Made by a program: the position numbers and the translations under genes. 64,000 nt of DNA from Bacteroidota bacterium. GTDB taxonomy: Bacteria; Bacteroidota; Bacteroidia; UKL13-3. The notes beneath the pieces were generated by a model. That model was not told where the DNA came from and did no database searches. It saw only the letters and a program-made list of their open reading frames with translations. Of this stretch, positions 28,496-36,569 are shown piece by piece (the stretch's first letter is position 1; the number at the start of each line of letters is the position of its first letter). The stretch is taken from assembly GCA_013298895.1 (NCBI GenBank), contig JAAFJM010000002.1, positions 6,427 through 70,426 of the forward strand, written 5' to 3'.

Positions 28496-28738
28496 ATCTA
28501 TTAACCAATTACATATGAGATTATAAGTAATGGCATTTGATAGGTTTTCAAAATGCTATTTAACAAAGGGATTAACTAAAATAAGTTTCTCCATATTTAT
28601 TTTACTATTGTCAATCTCCCGCACCATGTGCTGAAACTTTACCATGCTTGGTTTTTGTTCCGCACTAAGTGCTTTATTTTAAACAAAATTTATTAAGAAG
28701 GAACTATAATGTTTAAAAGGTTTAGAATACTTACTTCC

Positions 28739-28793
28739 CAATCACTTAATTAACTTAATCAACAAATCACCCAATCAAAAATCAACAAATACC
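28739..28793. repeat. Degenerate ~8-bp tandem tract directly after the pirin stop
   Basis: caatcact taattaact taatcaac aaatcacc caatcaaa aatcaac aaatacc. Confidence 0.6.
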
Positions 28794-29933
28794 CTACCCC
28801 TTCACCTCCAATTTTCCATCGGCATGTTTGGCAAAACGGCTTTTGGTGCGGTCGTGTACTTGGTCGTATTTTGGCCAAGGCCAGCCGCCAAATTGTGTTT
28901 TGTGGTAATCTTCAAAAGCTTGGTTTATTTCCTCTTTGGTATTCATTACAAAAGGCCCGTATTGCATTACTTGCTCGCCAATTGGTCTGCCTTGCAAAAC
29001 CAAAATGCTTACTTCAGTATCACCTGCAAAAAGCGCTACATCAACATTTGGCAAAAGTTCCACTGCGCTGTATGGGTTAATATTGGTTTCGGCTAATTTT
29101 AAAGTAGTGCCTTCGTAAAAATAAATGGTTCGGTTTATTCCCACAGAAGTTTTAGGCAAAGTAAACACTGCACCTGCTTGCATTTTTATATTCCAAACGG
29201 CTACTTCGTTTTTAGGGTCGGCCGCCCACGAATTTGGCGGAGGTGTTGTAGCTTTGTACTTTCCAATTTTACCTGCAATTACTTCTACTTTGGTTGTTTT
29301 TTTATTGCCATCAGTATATACATAATTAGGAATTGCTTCGCGCCAAAGCATTTTAAAATGAGGCTCTACCATTTTCTTTTTTGCAGGTAAATTAAGCCAA
29401 ATTTGAAACAGCTCCATAGGATTTTCTTGGTCTTTTTTTATCAATGGAAACATTTCTGAATGTTGTACCCCTTTTCCAGCTGTCATCCATTGCACATCGC
29501 CATCACCATATCGGCCTGCTGCACCCATTGAATCGGCATGGTCAACTATGCCTTTGCGCACCACAGTAATGGTTTCGAAACCTCTATGCGGATGGCCAGG
29601 AAAACCAGGAACGGTTTTACCATGATACATCCTAAAACCATCTTTTATAATAAAATCATCACCCATGTGGCGCCCTTGAAACAGGGTTTTATCGGGACCC
29701 ATTAACTCGTTTCCTTTCGGAAATTTATCTTCGTGGTGCACACAAAACAGAAAAGGGTCGGCTGTTTCCCACTGAAAACCCAAAGGCTTAATTTTTAAAA
29801 TAGGGTTTGGGTTCAAAGCATTATAAGTTTGTTTTAAAGAGTTAGAAAAACCATGAATGGGAGCGGCCAATGCAGCTGAAAAAGCCAACGATAGTCGGCC
29901 TAAAAAATTTCTACGTTCTAATTTATTGCTCAT
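28794..29933 (-). CDS. Pirin-family bicupin protein with a twin-arginine-like leader
   Basis: DPFLFCVHH, GFPGHPHRGFETIT, WMTAGKGVQHSE, FQIWLNLP and GPFVMNT; N-terminal ERRNFL plus hydrophobic stretch. Confidence 0.92.
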   Translation of the reverse strand: MSNKLERRNFLGRLSLAFSAALAAPIHGFSNSLKQTYNALNPNPILKIKPLGFQWETADPFLFCVHHEDKFPKGNELMGPDKTLFQGRHMGDDFIIKDGFRMYHGKTVPGFPGHPHRGFETITVVRKGIVDHADSMGAAGRYGDGDVQWMTAGKGVQHSEMFPLIKKDQENPMELFQIWLNLPAKKKMVEPHFKMLWREAIPNYVYTDGNKKTTKVEVIAGKIGKYKATTPPPNSWAADPKNEVAVWNIKMQAGAVFTLPKTSVGINRTIYFYEGTTLKLAETNINPYSAVELLPNVDVALFAGDTEVSILVLQGRPIGEQVMQYGPFVMNTKEEINQAFEDYHKTQFGGWPWPKYDQVHDRTKSRFAKHADGKLEVKG

Positions 29934-30064
29934 AAGTAATAAAGTATTAAACCTAAAATAAAGAATTAAGTTTATTCAAAAATAGCCAAAATAATAGTTT
30001 GAACCATTGAACTAGAACAATTATTTTTAACCAAAAGCCCATAAATTAAGGCTTAAAAATTACA

Positions 30065-30095
30065 TTTGACCAAACAAGGCTATTTGCTATATTTG
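30065..30095 (+). promoter_or_regulatory. Bacteroidota housekeeping promoter for lpxC/fabZ-lpxA
   Basis: TTTG (30065-30068), 19-nt spacer, TAtaTTTG (30088-30095). Confidence 0.65.
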
Positions 30096-30149
30096 AAACC
30101 GTTTTAAAAACAACAAAGCCTTTAATTTTATAGCTGAAAATCAGTAGAA

Positions 30150-31535
30150 ATGAAACAAACAACAATCAAAAAAGCAGTGAGTTTAAGTGGTGTAGGATTA
30201 CACACAGGGCAAGAAGTTACCATGACTTTTAACCCAGCACCCGAAAACCACGGAATAAAATTTCAACGCATAGATTTACCCAACAAACCCATTATTGATG
30301 CCGATGTAGATAATGTTACCGACTTAAGTCGTGGTACAACTTTAGAGCAAAATGGTGGCAAAGTGAATACTGTTGAGCATGTTATGGCTTCGTTGGCAGG
30401 ATTAGAAATAGACAATTGCCTTATTCATATAAACGCTGATGAAACCCCAATTATGGACGGAAGTTCTCAGTTTTTTATAAAAGCTTTAAAAGAAACAGGA
30501 ATTTTAGAACAAGAAGCAGAGCGCGAATACTTTACCCTACCTTCAAACATTTATTATACCGAAGAAGATAGACAAGTAGAAATGATAGCCATGCCTTTAG
30601 ACGATTACCGTTTAACTGTAATGGTTGATTATAACTCGCCCGTTTTAGGAAGCCAACATGCTTCTATTACTAGTTTAAAAGAGTTTGAATCTGAAATTTC
30701 ATCGTGCCGTACTTTTTGCTTTTTACACGAGTTAGAAATGTTGTATAACAACAACTTAATTCGTGGTGGTGATTTAAATAACGCCATTGTAATTGTAGAT
30801 AGAATAATAAAAGACGATGAACTAGACCATTTGGCTAAAATGTTTAACAAGCCAAAGGTTGAGGTAAAAAAAGAAGGTATTTTAAACAATGTAGATTTAC
30901 GTTTTCATAACGAACCTGCACGTCATAAATTACTAGATTTAGTTGGAGATTTAGCCTTGATTGGCACACCCATAAAAGCTCAAATTATGGCAGCTCGCCC
31001 AGGCCATGCGGCTAATATTGCTTTTGGTAAAAAAATTAAAGCATTAATTAAAAAAACACGTAGCCAAGTAAATGTTCCTAAATACGACCCTAACAAACCA
31101 CCACTATATAATACACAAGATATAGCAAGAATGTTGCCTCATCGCAGTCCATTTTTGTTGGTAGATAAAGTTTTGGAAATGGGCAAAAGTTATTTAACAG
31201 CGGTAAAAAATGTAACATTTAATGAGCCATTTTTCCCAGGTCATTTCCCCGGAAATCCTGTAATGCCAGGTGTGTTAATAATTGAAGCCATGGCTCAAGC
31301 AGGTGGTGTATTGGTACTTTCTCAAGTTGAAGATCCTGAAAATTACAATACCTACTTTATGAAAATAGACAATGCTAAATTTAAAGATAAGGTTGTTCCA
31401 GGTGATACTCTTTTATTTAGATTAGAGTTAATAGCTCCAGTAAGAAGAGGTGTTTGCGTGATGAAAGCATCAGCATTTGTTGGCGATAAGTTAGTGTGCG
31501 AGGCAGAATTAATGGCACAAATAGCAAAAAAATAA
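30150..31535 (+). CDS. lpxC/fabZ: Bifunctional LpxC deacetylase / FabZ dehydratase
   Basis: GVGLHTG, TVEHVMA and RHKLLDLVGDL (LpxC); LPHRSPFLLVD and GHFPGNPVMPGVLIIEAMAQ (FabZ). Confidence 0.97.
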   Translation: MKQTTIKKAVSLSGVGLHTGQEVTMTFNPAPENHGIKFQRIDLPNKPIIDADVDNVTDLSRGTTLEQNGGKVNTVEHVMASLAGLEIDNCLIHINADETPIMDGSSQFFIKALKETGILEQEAEREYFTLPSNIYYTEEDRQVEMIAMPLDDYRLTVMVDYNSPVLGSQHASITSLKEFESEISSCRTFCFLHELEMLYNNNLIRGGDLNNAIVIVDRIIKDDELDHLAKMFNKPKVEVKKEGILNNVDLRFHNEPARHKLLDLVGDLALIGTPIKAQIMAARPGHAANIAFGKKIKALIKKTRSQVNVPKYDPNKPPLYNTQDIARMLPHRSPFLLVDKVLEMGKSYLTAVKNVTFNEPFFPGHFPGNPVMPGVLIIEAMAQAGGVLVLSQVEDPENYNTYFMKIDNAKFKDKVVPGDTLLFRLELIAPVRRGVCVMKASAFVGDKLVCEAELMAQIAKK

Positions 31536-31596
31536 TTTTTAATATAACAAAATAAAAATAGCCAAAAGCTAGCTGCCAAAGGCTAAAATTTTTAAA

Positions 31597-32382
31597 ATGA
31601 TATCAAACTTAGCTCAAATAGATACACGCGCCAAAATTGGCAGCAGCGTAGTAATAGGTGCGTTTACCACCATTTACGATAATGTGGAAATTGGTGATGG
31701 AACCGAAATTGGACCCAATGTTACCATATATCCTGGTGCTAGAATAGGTAAAAACTGCCGCATTTTTCCGGGAGCTGTAATTAGTGCTGTACCTCAAGAT
31801 TTAAAATTTGTAGGTGAAGAAACTTTTGCCATAGTTGGCGATAATACTACCATTAGAGAATGTGTTACCATCAACCGTGGCACAAAAGATAAATACAAGA
31901 CAGAAGTTGGAAGCAACTGTTTATTAATGGCCTATGTGCACTTAGCACACGATTGTATTGTAGGAAACAATGTAATTATAGCCAATGGCGTTCAAGTAGC
32001 TGGGCATGTAACCATTGCTGATTATGCAAGAATTGGCGGACTTTCGGCTATTCATCAGTTTGTAAAAGTTGGCCGAAATGTAATGATAGAAGGTGGAAGT
32101 ATGGTTACAAAAGATATTCCTCCTTATGTAATTGCAGGCCGTTATCCGGTAAGTTACGAAGGTGTAAATTCGGTAGGGCTAAAACGCAATGGATTTACAC
32201 AAGAAGAAGTAAATACCATACAAGATACTTACCGTGTTATTTTTATTCATAATAACAATGTAAGCAAAGGAATGGCGCAAGTAGAAGATGCAATTAAGCC
32301 ATCGCCTTTAAGAGATGAAATTTTAGAGTTTATACAAACCTCGGAGCGCGGAGTAATGAAAGGTTTTAATAAAGGAAAATAA
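31597..32382 (+). CDS. lpxA: Acyl-ACP--UDP-N-acetylglucosamine O-acyltransferase
   Basis: Hexapeptide repeats, PQDLKF, IRECVTINRGT, HLAHDC and IHQF. Confidence 0.96.
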   Translation: MISNLAQIDTRAKIGSSVVIGAFTTIYDNVEIGDGTEIGPNVTIYPGARIGKNCRIFPGAVISAVPQDLKFVGEETFAIVGDNTTIRECVTINRGTKDKYKTEVGSNCLLMAYVHLAHDCIVGNNVIIANGVQVAGHVTIADYARIGGLSAIHQFVKVGRNVMIEGGSMVTKDIPPYVIAGRYPVSYEGVNSVGLKRNGFTQEEVNTIQDTYRVIFIHNNNVSKGMAQVEDAIKPSPLRDEILEFIQTSERGVMKGFNKGK

Positions 32383-32401
32383 TTATAAAAGTAATACCCA
32401 T

Positions 32402-32439
32402 AAAAAAGGTGGTTCAAACTAATTTGAACCACCTTTTTT
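32402..32439. terminator. Bidirectional terminator
   Basis: aaaaaaggtggttcaaa-ctaa-tttgaaccacctttttt. Confidence 0.85.
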
Positions 32440-32459
32440 TATTTTGTTAAACTAGAAAA

Positions 32460-33296
32460 TTAATTAAAAACTACCACTTTATTAGTTGCAATATTTTCGC
32501 CAATTTGTGTTTGAATAAAATAAACTCCATTTGCCAATTGACTAGTTTCTATTTGTTTATTAATTAATCCACTAATATTTTCTTCAGTTGATTGGTAAAC
32601 TATTTTCCCTTCTAAATTTACCATTTTAATAACTAAATTACCTTTTTGAGCAAGTGCAACATTAACATTTATAAAATTGCTTGCTGGATTAGGATAAGCC
32701 GAAACAGTAATTTTATTACTATTAAAATTAGCAATTGATGCAGTTCCGTTTTCTTTAACTCTTAAGGTTGAAAGCTGAGTTACGTCTCCACCTTTGTGTC
32801 CATCTTGATTGGAGTTAAATGCCCCATAAAATACCACATCTCCTGTACCTGCTGTTGGTGCAATCCAATTAAAAGTCCAAGACATAAAATCTTGACTAGC
32901 AACACTTGCAGCTCTGTAGGTAACATATTTACTATTTCCGACTAATTTAGTTTTTACAGTATCGCTTATTACTAATGTTCCAAGCAAATCACCATTAAGT
33001 TTTTGTGGGGAAACTAAAAAACCAAATCTATTATGACCTAATGAAGTATTTTTAGCCGTAATCGTATAAGTGTTACCTGGTATATAACCACTTGAAGGTA
33101 TATTAGAAGTAATCCAACCTGATACAGAATAAGCATTGCCACCATGACATTTGGTACAATTTTTTAAGCTATCGCCAGGCGAACCTGTAAACCCAGGCTC
33201 AGTACCATCAATCTTCCCTAAACTTGCTGTTCCAAACGACTCAAGAAGGATAAGTGTTGAAATACCAATTAGAATTGTAAAAACAACTTTTTTCAT
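32460..33296 (-). CDS. Reeler-like (choice-of-anchor V type) T9SS cargo protein
   Basis: TGSPGD..NCTKCHGG, GYIPGNTYTIT and WTFNWIAP..GTGDVVFY; CTD AYPNPA...GVYFIQ. ATG 33296 preferred. Confidence 0.72.
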   Translation of the reverse strand: MKKVVFTILIGISTLILLESFGTASLGKIDGTEPGFTGSPGDSLKNCTKCHGGNAYSVSGWITSNIPSSGYIPGNTYTITAKNTSLGHNRFGFLVSPQKLNGDLLGTLVISDTVKTKLVGNSKYVTYRAASVASQDFMSWTFNWIAPTAGTGDVVFYGAFNSNQDGHKGGDVTQLSTLRVKENGTASIANFNSNKITVSAYPNPASNFINVNVALAQKGNLVIKMVNLEGKIVYQSTEENISGLINKQIETSQLANGVYFIQTQIGENIATNKVVVFN

Positions 33297-33344
33297 ATTT
33301 AAAATATTAAAATACAAATAAAGTTAAAAATAAGAACAAAACAA

Positions 33345-33575
33345 TTAGGGCATTACATAAAAATTATTCCAACATTTTCGGCACCAATATTTATGTGTTT
33401 TACTCATAAACAAAACTTTTTTTATAAAAAAACCACGTTCTATGCGCTCTGTATCAAACGACTTACAAACTTTACATTGAGTATGTTTTTGACTAAAAAA
33501 GTAAATAGCCAACCTAATAATTAGAAGAGCTAAAAAGGGAAACGTTGCGGAAACAATTAAGATATAACTTATCAT
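33345..33575 (-). CDS. Small membrane-anchored zinc-ribbon-like protein
   Basis: N-terminal TM segment, then CKVC...CRKC; 76 aa. Confidence 0.6.
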   Translation of the reverse strand: MISYILIVSATFPFLALLIIRLAIYFFSQKHTQCKVCKSFDTERIERGFFIKKVLFMSKTHKYWCRKCWNNFYVMP

Positions 33576-33712
33576 ATTTTGTAAGTATTACTTTAACAAT
33601 AGTTATGCCAATAGCAAATAACTTTATTAAAAATACATACGAGTATTACGGCAAAAGAGATTTAATTGTTTTTAATAATTTGTAAAAATTTTACACTTAG
33701 TTGTAAAATCAG

Positions 33713-34933
33713 TTACTTTTTCTTTTTAACTTCAAACTTTGCTGCATCTTTCATTAAAGCTTTCCAGTTTTTATTTCCATCGTCACTAAAATCTAAGGTT
33801 TCAACATAAGTTTCTTTATCAACCTCTAAACGAGGAATTTCATAGCCTAAAAAAGTTTCAATATCTTTTAAAAGTTTAGCTTCTTCTTTGCTGCTAAACG
33901 AAACCGCTTTTCCCGATTTCACTCCCCTACCTGTTCTTCCAACTCTATGAACATAGTTCTCTAGTAAGTCGGGTAAGTCATAATTAATTACATAATCTAC
34001 ATTTTCAATATCAATACCACGGGCGCTTAAATCCGTGGCTATTAATATTTTTACTTTACCATTTCTAAAGTCAGTCATAACAGCCAATCTATCTTCTTGC
34101 TCTTTCCCTCCATGCATAGTAAGTGTTTCAATGCCTACACGTTGCATAGCTGTAAAAACCCTTTCAGCACGCACTTTGGTTCTTACAAAAACCAAAAATT
34201 TACTTTCGGGAGCTTCTTTTATTAATCGTTCTAGGAAAAAGCGCTTGTCATCCATTTCAACAAAAGCCACCGCATGGCTCACATTTTTTGAAACTGGATT
34301 TTTAGGCGAAATTTGAATGCGAATTGGATTAGCACCAACTACTGAGTAAGCCAAAGTTTTTATTTGTCGGTTAATAGTTGCCGAAAAAAATAATGTTTGA
34401 TGCACGCGCGGAATACGCTTTATAATATCATGAATATCTTTAATAAAACCTTTATCAAGCATTTTATCAGCTTCATCCAACACTAGCATTTCAACCCTAC
34501 TTAAATCAATATAACCTTGACTTTGCAAATCGAACATGCGACCAGGAGTGGCAATAACTATATCAGCACCAACTGTTAAATCAAAAATTTGATTGTCTTG
34601 CTCCACTCCGCCCATTAAACAAACTATTTTCAGGTTGGTGTATTTGGCTATATTTTTAAAAACTTCGGTAATTTGTACAGCTAACTCGCGTGTTGGTAAT
34701 AAAACCAAACTTTTAATATAAGTACCTTTTTTTTTGCGTTGCAATAGCAAATGAATAATCGGAATGGCAAAAGCTGCTGTTTTTCCAGTGCCTGTTTGTG
34801 CAATACCCAATACATCTTCGCCTTTTAAAATGGGACCAATGGCCTTAAACTGAATATCAGTTGGACGCCTGAAGCCCAATTCTGCTATACTTTTTTTAAT
34901 TTCATCGGCAATATTGTATTCTTCAAACTTCAT
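33713..34933 (-). CDS. DEAD-box RNA helicase
   Basis: AQTGTGKT, PTRELA, TPGR, DEAD, SAT, ARGID and HRVGRTGR. Confidence 0.96.
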   Translation of the reverse strand: MKFEEYNIADEIKKSIAELGFRRPTDIQFKAIGPILKGEDVLGIAQTGTGKTAAFAIPIIHLLLQRKKKGTYIKSLVLLPTRELAVQITEVFKNIAKYTNLKIVCLMGGVEQDNQIFDLTVGADIVIATPGRMFDLQSQGYIDLSRVEMLVLDEADKMLDKGFIKDIHDIIKRIPRVHQTLFFSATINRQIKTLAYSVVGANPIRIQISPKNPVSKNVSHAVAFVEMDDKRFFLERLIKEAPESKFLVFVRTKVRAERVFTAMQRVGIETLTMHGGKEQEDRLAVMTDFRNGKVKILIATDLSARGIDIENVDYVINYDLPDLLENYVHRVGRTGRGVKSGKAVSFSSKEEAKLLKDIETFLGYEIPRLEVDKETYVETLDFSDDGNKNWKALMKDAAKFEVKKKK

Positions 34934-35014
34934 ATTTATTTACTTTAACAACAGTTTACAAAAATGCATTTTTTAATGCATTAAATTAGCAACAACCAAT
35001 TTGTTTTAAATAAA

Positions 35015-35047
35015 AAAAGCCCTTGTAACTAAATTACAAGGGCTTTT
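35015..35047 (-). terminator. Terminator after the OmpA-family gene
   Basis: aaaagcccttgtaa-ctaaa-ttacaagggctttt. Confidence 0.85.
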
Positions 35048-35065
35048 GAATTTATAAAATTAAGG

Positions 35066-36487
35066 TTACGGTTTTCTAATTAATCTGAACTCAACTTTTC
35101 TGTCTAGTCCTTCAGTTTGCATTTTATATTTTTTTACAAATGCATCACGCTCACTAAATACCAATATTCTATCTTCTTTAATTTCATATATTTTGGTAAG
35201 TTGACGTTTCACAGCCAAAGCTCGCTTTTCAGCTACATTAAATTGAGTCATATCTGGCTTATTTTCGTCAGCATGACCAATTACAGCAACCATTACATTT
35301 GAATCAATAGCCATAATACGAGCAATTTGTTGCAAAAGTGGATATTGTTCTACATGAATGTCATATTTGTTTGGTGCAAAAGTAATTACAGGTAATCCAT
35401 ATCCTTCAGTTGTTAAGGTAATGAAATCGGCTTCTGGTATAGAATCTGAAAACCTCATAACATTAACTGAAGATTTTACTTGAAAAGATTCTGCTGGATA
35501 ATATACGCTTAACATTTGGTTGAAGCCATAAGGATCTGTATCTTCTGTATCTGGTACACCATCAACATCACTATCAAGTGTAATTCCTTTTACATCTACC
35601 TTGTAGCCTGGTTTTGTATTTTTCTCCAAATCAAGATAATCAGGTATACCATCACCATCACCATCGCTTTTTGCAGCTTCTACTGACTTTTGCGCCTTTT
35701 TTGCCAAGTCATCATAAATTACAGCCATTGGATTAACCCAATCCATGTGTTTAGAATTTACAGCGTTAGTAAAATTATAACCAACATGTACCATCATTGA
35801 TCCAAAAAAATCCGGGAAACCTTGATTAACAAATGGCTCGTAAATATCAAATTTATCAGTTTTTGCAATATTCACAACGCCCTCTATTCCAATATCAAAC
35901 TTATCATTTATTTTATACTTAGTACCTAAACCCAAAGGTATGGTTAAATCAACTCCTGTGTAACTACCAGATGTTGGAGAAAAAATTTTCTGACCAGGAA
36001 GTTGTGCTAAAATTTGAGATTCATTTTTATCTCTTTTAGCATCGTTGATTGCTATTGAAAACCCTGAAAACAAATAAACAATGGTATTCGGATTCTTTTT
36101 TCTAAAATTTAATCCACCAACATTAGCTACTAAATGCAATCCAAGTTGTGAAATATTATTAACAAAACCATATTCACTTTTAGGTGATGTAGTTCCTTTT
36201 CCAGAATAAGTAGCATACATTCCTTGAAACCTTAAGCCAATTACATGTCCAAAGGAGTACTTAACGTTCAAGGCAAATGCAGGATTTACAACATCTTGCT
36301 CTATATCAAACACAGTATATGTTCCACCAAGTCCAAGTCCAAGAGACCATCTACTTAAGCTAGCATTTGAGAACTTGTTTTCATTGTCAGTATTTGCTAA
36401 TTTTTTATCTTTACTGTCTGTTATGTTTTGCTGTGCTCTAACAAATTGAGCAGCTAAACAAAGTAAAATTACAAGATATTTTTTCAT
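35066..36487 (-). CDS. OmpA-family outer-membrane protein (barrel + TSP3-like Ca-binding repeats + OmpA-like domain)
   Basis: Signal peptide, beta-barrel, DGDGDGIPDYLD and DSDVDGVPD repeats, VIGHAD...AEKRALAVK...DRKVEF. Confidence 0.82.
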   Translation of the reverse strand: MKKYLVILLCLAAQFVRAQQNITDSKDKKLANTDNENKFSNASLSRWSLGLGLGGTYTVFDIEQDVVNPAFALNVKYSFGHVIGLRFQGMYATYSGKGTTSPKSEYGFVNNISQLGLHLVANVGGLNFRKKNPNTIVYLFSGFSIAINDAKRDKNESQILAQLPGQKIFSPTSGSYTGVDLTIPLGLGTKYKINDKFDIGIEGVVNIAKTDKFDIYEPFVNQGFPDFFGSMMVHVGYNFTNAVNSKHMDWVNPMAVIYDDLAKKAQKSVEAAKSDGDGDGIPDYLDLEKNTKPGYKVDVKGITLDSDVDGVPDTEDTDPYGFNQMLSVYYPAESFQVKSSVNVMRFSDSIPEADFITLTTEGYGLPVITFAPNKYDIHVEQYPLLQQIARIMAIDSNVMVAVIGHADENKPDMTQFNVAEKRALAVKRQLTKIYEIKEDRILVFSERDAFVKKYKMQTEGLDRKVEFRLIRKP

Positions 36488-36538
36488 GTTTTTTATCTAA
36501 TATTTCGAAATGCTAAAATACTATTTCCTAATAAATGA

Positions 36539-36560
36539 AAAAGCCCCTTTCGGGGCTTTT
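36539..36560 (-). terminator. Terminator after the SPOR-domain gene
   Basis: aaaagcccc-tttc-ggggctttt. Confidence 0.8.
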
Positions 36561-36569
36561 ATCTACATA

